From the IMG/VR virus record IMGVR_UViG_3300025897_000009: a stretch of DNA of 64,000 nucleotides, one strand, 5' to 3'. Every line of letters begins with the position of its first letter. Positions within the stretch are counted from its first letter, which is position 1. The translations under genes were made by a program, and so were the position numbers. A model generated the notes under the pieces. The model was not told the origin of the DNA. It did not search any database and saw only the letters and a list, made by a program, of their open reading frames with translations. The DNA comes from a virus. Below, piece after piece: positions 39,126 through 47,972 of the stretch.

Positions 39126-41171
39126 CTATTTTGTAGTTGCTTCCCAGATGCCTTCCCAATCGCTTGGGTTTAATTGTTTCATCTTTTTACATCTTGATAC
39201 CATTATTTTACTATAATCTTCAAGTGGTGAAAAGGTGATTTTAGAATATATGTTGATGGATTTATCCCACTCTCCTTTTACATAAGCATCCCAAGCATCT
39301 TCTATATCCCTAACAGTATGTTTGTACACAGGAATATCAAATACAGTGTAGATGTTAACAGGTTCTTTCTTACCCTTAACAATCAATTTGTCAAGCAGAA
39401 TCCAAGTTAGACGATCATCATCTATGCCTTGCTTGGTGTTTTCTGATACAACCAATTCTACACCATAACTTTTTGATTGTCCTTCTAATCTTGCTCCCAA
39501 GTTTACAGGATCTCCAAGTACTGAGTAATCAAATCTTTGATCAGAACCCATGTTTCCTACAACTGCCTCTCCTGTGTTAATCCCTATACCTATGTTGATG
39601 GGTAGTAATCCTTCTTCAGTAAGTTCTTCATTCAAATCTTTCAAATCAGTTAGCATGTAAAGTGCAGAGTACACTGCTTTATGTTCTTGGTTCTCTATAT
39701 CTAAGGGTGCATTCCAAACTGCCATAATGCAATCACCCATGTATTTGTCGATCATACCATCTTTCTGTATAATGATATCCGTCATGGGTGTAAGGAATCT
39801 ATTGATCAAATGAGTAAGTCCTTGCGGATCTGTTTTGTATTGTTCACTGATAGGAGTGAATCCTCTAATGTCACAGAACAAGTAAGTCATTTGTTTGGTC
39901 TCACCACCCAACTGTAGCATCTCAGGATTCTTTTGTAGTTGTTTAACTAACTTAGGTGATAAATATGTACTGAACTGTTTTGAAATCTGTTGTCTTAATC
40001 TAAACTGACGATAGAAGTTATTAAATGATGCTTGAGTAAATATAACCCATAACGACAAGAGAGGAAAACTTGCGTCGATCAAAACTTTATAAGAATCATA
40101 ACTATAAACAGATAAGACATAACTCCCGAGAGTCAAAGAAGCAACCAAAGGTATTTGAACAACCAGAGGACTTCGATATACTATCAATACCAACAATAGA
40201 CCAAGCACCAGACTGGAAATTATTTCTGCGAGCAGTACTAGCGATGGACGACTAATTACAGTCCCATCTAGCATTGTTTGTAATATGTTTGCTTGAATCT
40301 CGTGAGGGAGTTTTGCTCCATATGGAGTATTCACTTGAGGTACGATGCCTTCTGCGGATACACCCATGATCACTGCTTTGCCTGATAGATCGGGCAGGGT
40401 ATCTTTACCCAATTCATAACTGTCAAAGTGATACTTGTAATCTATGTACACTCTTCCATTGCTGTCTGTTATGATCTTATCGTAAGGTGGTATTCTGAAT
40501 GCTTCTATTCCTAATTCATTTACAAAGACCTGATAAGAGGGTTCTCCTGTGAGGTTTCTTAACATCTCTAAAGCAAAAGAAGGATAGATCTTATCGTTTA
40601 CATTAATTGATACAGGAACTTGTCTTACTTTACCATCTACATCATTGGGTGCCACAGCAACACCTACACCAAAGGCATTGTCTTCGAATATTTCTAGATT
40701 GGTGACTATCCCTGGATAGTTATAAAGATAAGGTAGAGCATCTCCACCTATGGTACCTGTTCCTACATGAGGTGCCTTACTATCTAAACCTTTGATTGAA
40801 GGCATTTGTGATAGAACAACCCCACCATAAGGAAAGACTGATGATAAGAACTCATCATCGGTTGGGTTTGATGGATTTGCGAAAGTCGTATTGATTCCTA
40901 GTACAAAACCACCAGAATTAAATGTCTCAATTACATAGTTTCCGAGAACACTTCTATTAATAGGATAACCTGTATTTTGTAATGTGGTTTCACCTATCTC
41001 TAGTAGAACTATCTGATCACTATGCACTGGTTCAGTTGACATTATGTAATCAAACCAATTGAGTCGCAAAGTTTCTACTGGGACTGGATCAGATACTCTT
41101 AAAGCAGTCAATCCACCCAAAACTAATAAGCACATCCACCAAGATGTTAAAATCTTAGCAAATTTGTTCAT
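39126..41171 (-). CDS. CHASE2-domain class III adenylate/guanylate cyclase
   Basis: N-terminal TM, extracytoplasmic CHASE2-like region (DVDGKVRQVP, PSFALE, HEIQAN), 3 TMs, catalytic FCDIRGFT, DKYMGDCIMA, GDPVNLGARLEG. Confidence 0.92.
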   Translation of the reverse strand: MNKFAKILTSWWMCLLVLGGLTALRVSDPVPVETLRLNWFDYIMSTEPVHSDQIVLLEIGETTLQNTGYPINRSVLGNYVIETFNSGGFVLGINTTFANPSNPTDDEFLSSVFPYGGVVLSQMPSIKGLDSKAPHVGTGTIGGDALPYLYNYPGIVTNLEIFEDNAFGVGVAVAPNDVDGKVRQVPVSINVNDKIYPSFALEMLRNLTGEPSYQVFVNELGIEAFRIPPYDKIITDSNGRVYIDYKYHFDSYELGKDTLPDLSGKAVIMGVSAEGIVPQVNTPYGAKLPHEIQANILQTMLDGTVISRPSLVLLAEIISSLVLGLLLVLIVYRSPLVVQIPLVASLTLGSYVLSVYSYDSYKVLIDASFPLLSLWVIFTQASFNNFYRQFRLRQQISKQFSTYLSPKLVKQLQKNPEMLQLGGETKQMTYLFCDIRGFTPISEQYKTDPQGLTHLINRFLTPMTDIIIQKDGMIDKYMGDCIMAVWNAPLDIENQEHKAVYSALYMLTDLKDLNEELTEEGLLPINIGIGINTGEAVVGNMGSDQRFDYSVLGDPVNLGARLEGQSKSYGVELVVSENTKQGIDDDRLTWILLDKLIVKGKKEPVNIYTVFDIPVYKHTVRDIEDAWDAYVKGEWDKSINIYSKITFSPLEDYSKIMVSRCKKMKQLNPSDWEGIWEATTK

Positions 41172-41176
41172 AAGGT

Positions 41177-41184
41177 TATTTATT
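41177..41184 (-). promoter_or_regulatory. Late-type promoter AATAAATA
   Basis: 5 nt before the cyclase ATG. Confidence 0.55.
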
Positions 41185-41212
41185 AGATTCTAAAATTGAC
41201 TATATACTTATA

Positions 41213-41276
41213 TTACGATTCTGAAACTTTTAAGTTACGAATCTGAAACGAATTATGATACTACGAATATACAAAC
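41213..41276. repeat. Direct repeats TTACGAWTCTGAAAC (2 copies plus 1 degenerate)
   Basis: 41213-41227 and 41235-41249 differ at one base; CTACGAATATACAAAC at 41261-41276. Confidence 0.7.
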
Positions 41277-41326
41277 GATTTGACAAATTAATGAAAGTCT
41301 CCAGAATACAAAAAGTCTGGAAAATC

Positions 41327-41809
41327 TCACTCAAATAATTTATACTTAAACTCTAGTGACACTTCATGCCTTTCTGTATTGAAAAGGTATTCATTGTGCA
41401 CGACTACACTCCATTGCATCGTATTAATGAATCTAAGGTACTTGATTCTAAACTCATCATCCATGTAATCTATAGAATTTTTTATATACCAACCTGCAAA
41501 AATCTTCGTTAAGAGTACTCTCTGTCGATCAGGATTAGTTTTAAATAGAGGATTGCCCTCTTTAAGATTACAAGTAAACTCTTCAATGCATTTCTTTAAT
41601 CTTTTAGTTTGATGATGATCTATTGCGGATGCAATAAGATATTTCTTATATAGTCTCTTACTTGTTCTGGACCATGAGGTCTGATCAACTCTATAGTTGT
41701 CTATATAATTTTTCTTCACAGGCAAAGGCAAAGAGATTAATATCTCCTCAACCTGTGCGTGTAAAAAGAGTGGCAATGCTAGAACTAAGGTAAACAAAGT
41801 TCTAGTCAT
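41327..41809 (-). CDS. Exported hypothetical protein
   Basis: Signal peptide ending LHA-Q; EGNPL motif. Confidence 0.6.
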   Translation of the reverse strand: MTRTLFTLVLALPLFLHAQVEEILISLPLPVKKNYIDNYRVDQTSWSRTSKRLYKKYLIASAIDHHQTKRLKKCIEEFTCNLKEGNPLFKTNPDRQRVLLTKIFAGWYIKNSIDYMDDEFRIKYLRFINTMQWSVVVHNEYLFNTERHEVSLEFKYKLFE

Positions 41810-41884
41810 CGCAATACTCTGGGTTGTTAGAACAATAGAATTTAACTGCGTTCAGCATAAACATCATTTCGTCTTGCGTTAAAT

Positions 41885-41963
41885 CTCCATCACCCTTGAC
41901 ATTCCTAGCATCCTTTTTAGGGGATGCAGGAGTTTGTCTTTGGGGTGGAGTTCTTACTTTCCC
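41885..41963 (-). other. Candidate programmed -1 ribosomal frameshift signal
   Basis: In-phase G GGA AAG at 41963-41957, 6-nt spacer, extended hairpin 41950-41885. Confidence 0.7.
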
Positions 41964-42238
41964 TCTTTGGATTCTGGTTTAGACTGTAGTTCGTCTGTCT
42001 GTTTGTCGACTTCCTCAACTACTGTTTCGACTACACCACCAACTGCTGTTGATGCTGTGGAAACGATGCTTGCTGCATCTTCTAATACTGCTTGTCCAAC
42101 ACCACCGACAGTGCCGACAGTCGCATCGATAACACCTGTAGAAAGTTCTTTACCACCTTCTATAACTGCACCAACTGATGCGCATGATTGAACAAATAGT
42201 CCAAGAATCAATATGCTTATTGTATACAATTTAAACAT
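41954..42238 (-). CDS. Lipoprotein with Gly/Val/Ala/Thr-rich amphipathic region; candidate -1 frameshift extension to 41802
   Basis: GGAG SD before MFKLYT, VQSC lipobox; ends GAG GGA AAG TAA. Confidence 0.75.
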   Translation of the reverse strand: MFKLYTISILILGLFVQSCASVGAVIEGGKELSTGVIDATVGTVGGVGQAVLEDAASIVSTASTAVGGVVETVVEEVDKQTDELQSKPESKEGK

Positions 42239-42328
42239 AATATCTCCTTTTGAGTTTTTCAACTCTAGTTAACTCGTAATGTGCTCTCTAAGAGAGTACA
42301 ATACTCCTTTTTCCTCTTTCCTATGTAT

Positions 42329-43123
42329 TTAGTTGCCTTGTGTCACTGATATCGAACATCCACCAACTGTTTGACAATCTTGCGTAAGAGAATAAGTTTG
42401 TGCTGTGGATCCTTGTTGAAGCATGTATAAGTCTGTATCATATGTTCCATTTATTGTAACTGTGGCAGTATGTGTCGCACTTCCCTGTTGTATCATATCA
42501 ACATCATTGTAACTATTATTGATTGTTAAACTGAGTGTTTTGTCTTGGTTGCTTTCTTGTCTTGTGTACACATCGTTATAATCACCATAGATATAGGTGA
42601 TGTTTGAATGTTCGTGTCCTGAGTTATTTGCTCGTTGACTTCCCAAAAACTTATTGTTAGAACCATGAATATCTAATCGTGTAAAATGCCCACCATATTC
42701 ATAATCATCAATTGCTAACAATGTGCCTGAACTTGTTACATGATATCCTTGATAGAAGTCTACATCATTACTATTGCCTGCGATATGAAATTCAAATCTA
42801 TCACTCCCACAGGATGATCCTTGATTACATGTTTGTACAATTTTTAGATTATTGTAATCGCCATCTAAATCTCCACCCCAACTTAAACCTGAACCCCATA
42901 ATGTAGTGTAACCAACATATGCACTATTGCCTTGTTGTGTTATGTCAACTACATTATTGGCACCACCCACACTAAAATCTACTTTGCTGTTGTATCCTGT
43001 TTGGTTTATGGTGAGATCAAAGTTGTTACCCACTTGATTCATATAGATTTCATTATCTTGTGCTATTAGTAATGAAGCATAAGATGCTAAAATCATCCAA
43101 CCAATAATAAGCAATTTGTCCAT
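42329..43123 (-). CDS. Curlin-like beta-solenoid repeat protein
   Basis: Signal peptide; repeats of type N.I...Q.G..N (NEIYMNQVGNN, NVVDITQQGN, NDVDMIQQG, ISVTQGN). Confidence 0.75.
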   Translation of the reverse strand: MDKLLIIGWMILASYASLLIAQDNEIYMNQVGNNFDLTINQTGYNSKVDFSVGGANNVVDITQQGNSAYVGYTTLWGSGLSWGGDLDGDYNNLKIVQTCNQGSSCGSDRFEFHIAGNSNDVDFYQGYHVTSSGTLLAIDDYEYGGHFTRLDIHGSNNKFLGSQRANNSGHEHSNITYIYGDYNDVYTRQESNQDKTLSLTINNSYNDVDMIQQGSATHTATVTINGTYDTDLYMLQQGSTAQTYSLTQDCQTVGGCSISVTQGN

Positions 43124-44259
43124 TATCCTTCCTGTTTTATAATTATGTTAATAGAACCACCTTCGTTCACTGTAATCTCACTGGTAGCACCTGAGTTGTT
43201 GGTGGCATTGATAGTAGCATTTGCTTCCATACTCATTTTTATCGATAACACACCACCAGCATCTCTAAAGAATGTCACTGTACCTGAACCCTGATCGATA
43301 AAAGTATTGAAGTTGGTGACTTTGTCAAATCCTGGAGCAATTGTCCCTTTGATAAAAGAACCATCTCCCGATTTGTTTTGAGAGCCACCACCTTTCTGTC
43401 TTTGTATTTCAATATTTTCTAATACTTCTAATACATCTTGAAGTAAATCAACATCAAGTAAGTCAATATCTAATTCAGTAAACTCTAAACTGTCTTCTGT
43501 TAATTCTGGATCTTCTTCTAATAAGTTTTCTTCTAGTAGATCTATATCTAATATTCCACCATCTGAAGAATCACTCGAAGACATCTCTTCTTGCTGTTTT
43601 GTTATTTCTTTTGGTGGCGAAACTATAAACATGTTATCAATTAGATTCATGTCTATATCTAAAGTTGTTGGTGGAGTTGGACTCGTTTCTATATTCGGAG
43701 TCATTGTTGCTTGATATGCCTCGTTAAGAGTCACACTACCACCAGCAGTCGTCACCAATATCTCACCAGATGCGTTTCCGTTTTCATCTGGTAATAGTAT
43801 GATGAGAGATCTTCCTATCTCATCTACTGTTGTTGTAAAGTCTGTTCCCCTAATTGCTATATTTGCAGATGGGGTAGTAATATTTATATTTTGTTTGGGC
43901 ACCAACCCAATCTTTCCTGTAGCAAATCTTGCTGTGCCTGATGCGAATCGCATAGACATTTTGCTTTTACTAGGATTTGGATCGTAGACAACTTCGTCTA
44001 TGATCACTTTGCTGTGTTCTGTAAGTTTAAGAGTGGTATCGTCTATGAAGGTAACTTCTAATCTACCCTTCCCTGTACGCACATCATCATTGGAGAGTAT
44101 ATCAAATTCCAACTCTGGATCATATTGCTCTGCTGTTCGCAAAACCTTAGATCCAGAGCCAGACATGTCTGTAATATCCCCAATCGGTGAGGCATACGCA
44201 CTCCCAACTAGCAGTGTGCTAGTCAGCAGTATCTTGTTGAGTGATTGCAATAACTGCAT
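43123..44259 (-). CDS. FecR-domain periplasmic protein
   Basis: Signal peptide, DDVRTG, F.DDT.LKL...S, TPSANIAIRGTDF; acidic linker. Confidence 0.85.
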   Translation of the reverse strand: MQLLQSLNKILLTSTLLVGSAYASPIGDITDMSGSGSKVLRTAEQYDPELEFDILSNDDVRTGKGRLEVTFIDDTTLKLTEHSKVIIDEVVYDPNPSKSKMSMRFASGTARFATGKIGLVPKQNINITTPSANIAIRGTDFTTTVDEIGRSLIILLPDENGNASGEILVTTAGGSVTLNEAYQATMTPNIETSPTPPTTLDIDMNLIDNMFIVSPPKEITKQQEEMSSSDSSDGGILDIDLLEENLLEEDPELTEDSLEFTELDIDLLDVDLLQDVLEVLENIEIQRQKGGGSQNKSGDGSFIKGTIAPGFDKVTNFNTFIDQGSGTVTFFRDAGGVLSIKMSMEANATINATNNSGATSEITVNEGGSINIIIKQEG

Positions 44260-44938
44260 TATCTGATGTCACGTCTAAATCAATGTGCCCATAACAAGAA
44301 GTAACTCCTGTTGGACATGTCCCTGATTTTTGTATAATATCTAAATCACCACTGCCACCATCAAAGTCAACTGTTTGATATTGATAAGCACCATCTGTTT
44401 GACTTGACACGATGTCATTATCTGAACCATCAACTTCCCAATCCCATGTAGCATCGTCAACTTCTACATCTATATCAAATGTATTAGTAGATCCTGTTAA
44501 GACTAGGTCAAAATCAAATCTTTCTGCTGAGGTCACATAACCCCAGTCTAAGTCCCAAGTGTTTGAATCTCCTGTAGCACTCAGATCAAAATCTGAACTG
44601 TCTGTACTTCCAAGATATCCTATATTCCAGTCTAAAACATTTGAGTCACCAGTGAACAAAGTTGTGAAACTTGAACTATCTGATTTAAGTGGACCATAAA
44701 GAATATTACTATTACCTATTTGGTCTATATCAATATTTAAACTAGAACCTGTTATAACCATATCGGCAGCAGTTGAACTAAAGTCATTGCCTCCGATTTT
44801 ATTTCCATAACCTGTTTGTTGAATGTTCAGGTTAAGAGTATCACCAACTTGCTCTATGAAGATTTGGTTGTCAGATGTACTTTGCGCATAAGTTCCTACT
44901 GACACGAGTAGTATTACTAAAGATGTTAAAAATTTCAC
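44219..44938 (-). CDS. Curlin-like beta-solenoid repeat protein
   Basis: Signal peptide; DNQIFIEQVGD, IQQTGYGN, IDQIGNSN, repeated TGDSN. Confidence 0.75.
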   Translation of the reverse strand: MKFLTSLVILLVSVGTYAQSTSDNQIFIEQVGDTLNLNIQQTGYGNKIGGNDFSSTAADMVITGSSLNIDIDQIGNSNILYGPLKSDSSSFTTLFTGDSNVLDWNIGYLGSTDSSDFDLSATGDSNTWDLDWGYVTSAERFDFDLVLTGSTNTFDIDVEVDDATWDWEVDGSDNDIVSSQTDGAYQYQTVDFDGGSGDLDIIQKSGTCPTGVTSCYGHIDLDVTSDNAVIAITQQDTAD

Positions 44939-45840
44939 CTTTTTTCTCCTGTTTCGTTATCGGCATCCACTTGAGGGAGTCTCCTCCAATAACCTCGTTC
45001 TTCCCCTTGTAATATAATACTAAAGACTGCCTCCTCAATGGCAGTTCGTACAGCATAGGTCACACTCTCATTCTCAGAGATTCCATCTTCTATTTCGACT
45101 AATTTAGTGTCGGTATCTACGAATCGAAAAACATCGAATCCTTGAGCAACACTTAAAACAGTTTTGTATGACTGGACATTCATAAGAACTTCTCCAGTTG
45201 ACACACTAACTGCTCGCAGAGATATTATAACTGCATCTCTACGATATTGTTGGCTGGCACCGACACCTAAGTATCTGGCACCATTACCACCTGTTTCTAT
45301 GTTCGTATCATATCCGATGATTCCTCCCTCGAATATCATACCAGCAAATAACATTGGTTGAATGACTTCTTTATCATCATTCATATCTAAGTAAGTTTGG
45401 CGAGTTGATTTAACAATCTGTCTTTCTCTTACTAAGTGATCTAATCCTGTTCTTTCTACAACTCTAAACCATTTGCCATCACCTGCTGCTTTGAGTGCAT
45501 CAATCAATAAAGATTCTGCACCTTGTGTCACAGCAGTTGAAAAGTCAGCAATGTTTTGTTTAGACTTTCTTTGCCCTGTTAGATCATTAAACTTATAAAC
45601 TGCGACCACTGGTTGCTGATAGGGTGGTCTTAATAGTTTTAATTTTTTATGTGTAGGCAACTCAACATTTGTTGGACCTTCTACACAAGGGATAAATTGC
45701 TCATAGGTAGAACCATAGATATCTTTCACTTGGAACTTACCATCTGCCTCTACGCAATCTAATACTCTAGGATTGGGCATTGATGCACAACCTGATAGAA
45801 TAAGAATAACTGCTAGGAGGACTTTAACCACCGATGCCAC
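44935..45840 (-). CDS. csgG: Curli secretion channel CsgG/HfaB-family lipoprotein
   Basis: LSGC lipobox, VAVYKF.DLTGQ, FSTAVTQG, WFRVVER.GL..L..ERQI, EGGIIGYD. Confidence 0.93.
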   Translation of the reverse strand: MASVVKVLLAVILILSGCASMPNPRVLDCVEADGKFQVKDIYGSTYEQFIPCVEGPTNVELPTHKKLKLLRPPYQQPVVAVYKFNDLTGQRKSKQNIADFSTAVTQGAESLLIDALKAAGDGKWFRVVERTGLDHLVRERQIVKSTRQTYLDMNDDKEVIQPMLFAGMIFEGGIIGYDTNIETGGNGARYLGVGASQQYRRDAVIISLRAVSVSTGEVLMNVQSYKTVLSVAQGFDVFRFVDTDTKLVEIEDGISENESVTYAVRTAIEEAVFSIILQGEERGYWRRLPQVDADNETGEKR

Positions 45841-46336
45841 CTATAGTTCCTGCACCCACTGGTATAGTAATTGTAGTGGTAGATCCTTCAGAATCGACGA
45901 TAGTCAATATGATGACTTCATCTCCTGCTACACATCCTGTCATGTCACCCATACAGATTCCTGTTTCATATGTGACAGTGTTGCCTTCTATAAGGAATGT
46001 ACCAAAAGTAGACCCCTCTCCACTAAAGAGTGCCTCTACTAAGTCTTTACTGATTTGTGAGTAGATTCTAGATTCTAAGTTTCTCATAAACTTAGCAAGA
46101 GTTGAATTTTCCGCATCTCTTTCTGCTTGTCTTATCGCAGCATCTATATCTTCTTGTATCTTATCTCTTCTTGCTTTCTCTTGGTTATCAATCGTTAGAT
46201 AATGTGAAGATGTACCAACTCCACTAAATGATGGATTTTTAAATTGTTGTACTAATTGATCTGCTGTGAGTCCTACCATAAAGAATGGTATTACTAGAGC
46301 AATCAGTTTATTTACTAGATTTATTTTTCGATGCAT
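45824..46336 (-). CDS. csgF: Curli assembly protein CsgF-like
   Basis: Signal peptide then L..QFKNPSFSG (CsgF N-terminal motif); C-terminal TTITIP; adjacent to csgG. Confidence 0.85.
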   Translation of the reverse strand: MHRKINLVNKLIALVIPFFMVGLTADQLVQQFKNPSFSGVGTSSHYLTIDNQEKARRDKIQEDIDAAIRQAERDAENSTLAKFMRNLESRIYSQISKDLVEALFSGEGSTFGTFLIEGNTVTYETGICMGDMTGCVAGDEVIILTIVDSEGSTTTITIPVGAGTIGGIGG

Positions 46337-46607
46337 TCTGTTTTCCTTCTTCGAGTATTTTTTGTCTTTCACGATATTCAAGTACAACATTGACTTTTTG
46401 TTGTAATCGTATCAGATCTTGATCAAGCATTCTTGTTTGATCTATCACTCGAATTAGTGCAAAGTGCATCTTTTCGATTTGGGGTTCTATCTCTTCCGAG
46501 ATAAAATTCCACACAAAGTATACAAAGTATCCCAAACCTGCCATCATGACAGCAGGGAAACCATATTGACCTATAAGGTCAACGAGTAATGAAGTTTGTT
46601 CTTCCAT
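46308..46607 (-). CDS. Small membrane protein (TM plus coiled coil)
   Basis: QYGFP...GYFVYFVW then coiled coil. Confidence 0.65.
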   Translation of the reverse strand: MEEQTSLLVDLIGQYGFPAVMMAGLGYFVYFVWNFISEEIEPQIEKMHFALIRVIDQTRMLDQDLIRLQQKVNVVLEYRERQKILEEGKQNASKNKSSK

Positions 46608-46772
46608 TTAATCTGGCAACTCCAGTTTCTTTAATACTTCTGCGATTGCCATTACTTCTTCGACATTAACTGCCTGTTCTGGTATCGTTGCTGGTGTAAC
46701 AACAACCTCTTCCTCTACGACTTCTTCATTGCAGAGTGCAAAGTATAATAATCCTATAACTAAAAATTCCAT
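46608..46772 (-). CDS. Small acidic exported/membrane protein (54 aa)
   Basis: Manual translation MEFLVIGLLYFALCNEEVVEEE...; AGGAG SD; fills gap exactly. Confidence 0.65.
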   Translation of the reverse strand: MEFLVIGLLYFALCNEEVVEEEVVVTPATIPEQAVNVEEVMAIAEVLKKLELPD

Positions 46773-47068
46773 TAATCTCTCCTAGCATCAACTTTGCCGT
46801 CTTCGACAAAATTTTCTGCTCTTGCAACTCTATCGATATCTGGTCTCAAGTCCAAGGCACTACTGACTAATAAATCAATCTTTGTCATTTCGTTTGCCAT
46901 AGTTCTTGCTCTATTTTCTAAGGACTCACAAAACATAGTGAGGGTTGCGATCGAATCAACAATCCCCTGCATAATCTGTTTCATGACTAAGAAGATAAAG
47001 AACCCCATTACCAATGCCATGGCAATTGGGACTCCTAGATCACCTACTAATATGAAAAAACTTTCCAT
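46772..47068 (-). CDS. Small membrane protein (TM plus coiled coil)
   Basis: DLGVPIA...GFFIFLV; C-terminal DARRD. Confidence 0.65.
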   Translation of the reverse strand: MESFFILVGDLGVPIAMALVMGFFIFLVMKQIMQGIVDSIATLTMFCESLENRARTMANEMTKIDLLVSSALDLRPDIDRVARAENFVEDGKVDARRD

Positions 47069-47390
47069 TCTCTATTCCATTTATTGTAAAGGATTCACCA
47101 CAACCACAGGTTGCCTCTGTATGAGGGTTCACAAAGTCGAACCGACTGTTCAGACCTTCTGTGATATAATCTAAAGTCATCCCTTCTAAGTGAGGAGCAG
47201 ATAATTTGTCGATGGCAACTTTGAATTTACCATAATCTATAATCTGATCACTCTCTTCTATTTGGTAAAGAAAATCAAATACATACTTCCAACCATTACA
47301 ACCTGCAGGTTGAAGTCCTAATCTGACTCCTTCTTTACCTTTTGTCTTGTCTAACAAAACTTCGATTGCCTTGTCAGTAATTTCAATCAT
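47040..47390 (-). CDS. iscA: Iron-sulfur cluster assembly accessory protein (IscA/HesB)
   Basis: GCNG, LDY, NP...TCGCGESF. Confidence 0.92.
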   Translation of the reverse strand: MIEITDKAIEVLLDKTKGKEGVRLGLQPAGCNGWKYVFDFLYQIEESDQIIDYGKFKVAIDKLSAPHLEGMTLDYITEGLNSRFDFVNPHTEATCGCGESFTINGIENGKFFHISR

Positions 47391-47395
47391 ACTTC

Positions 47396-47403
47396 TATTT
47401 ATA
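47396..47403 (-). promoter_or_regulatory. T4-type late promoter TATAAATA
   Basis: Exact consensus 5 nt before iscA ATG, just downstream of a terminator. Confidence 0.7.
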
Positions 47404-47423
47404 CCTACTCTTTATTCGAGTAC

Positions 47424-47451
47424 AAAAAAAGGGAGCATAAATGCTCCCTTT
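47424..47451 (-). terminator. Rho-independent terminator
   Basis: GGGAGCAT/ATGCTCCC inverted repeat followed by a T7 run on the minus strand. Confidence 0.85.
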
Positions 47452-47469
47452 CTCGAGATTGCTTAGAAA

Positions 47470-47754
47470 TTAATCTACGAGATCTTTGAATGCTTCAAGG
47501 ATCTTTGCTTTTGTATCTCTAGCACCAACTACTAATTTCTCTTTCTTTGCGAGTTTTAGTAATTCTGCTTTGGTTTTCTTTTTGAGATCAGCCAATTTGA
47601 ACTTAGCAGTTGCAACTGCAACTTTCGCATCATCTAAATCAACATCACCATCTTTGTCTAGATCAAAAGTAGACGTACCTGTGGATGATTTGCTATACAA
47701 ATGCATGCCACCAGCCAATACTACTATTGCTAGAATAAAAATCAAAAATTCCAT
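47470..47754 (-). CDS. Membrane-anchored protein with EF-hand-like loop and HeH/Rho_N-like tail
   Basis: N-terminal TM, DLDKDGDVD, LKKKTKAELLKLA...TKAKIL. Confidence 0.55.
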   Translation of the reverse strand: MEFLIFILAIVVLAGGMHLYSKSSTGTSTFDLDKDGDVDLDDAKVAVATAKFKLADLKKKTKAELLKLAKKEKLVVGARDTKAKILEAFKDLVD

Positions 47755-47778
47755 TTTGGTTTCTCCTAAGGTTAGTTA

Positions 47779-47970
47779 TTATCCAAGTAAAGGATTCTTC
47801 TCTTTTGCCTTACCAAAGTTAAGAGCGAACAAGTCGATAACTTTGTATAGTTTAGCAAATAAGACGTCGTCCTTCGGTGTAGGTGTCATTGCAGCAACTG
47901 CTGAACACACTGTTACAATTACAGGCAACTGTTGTACAATTGCCCAGATTGTTCCGATTAGATCTAACAT
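47779..47970 (-). CDS. Small membrane protein
   Basis: Hydrophobic helix, TPTPKDD motif. Confidence 0.6.
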   Translation of the reverse strand: MLDLIGTIWAIVQQLPVIVTVCSAVAAMTPTPKDDVLFAKLYKVIDLFALNFGKAKEKNPLLG

Positions 47971-47972
47971 AT

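Noticed and set aside
41213-41276. Possible mini CRISPR array
   Set aside because: Repeats are 15 bp with 7-11 bp gaps, too short; no cas genes
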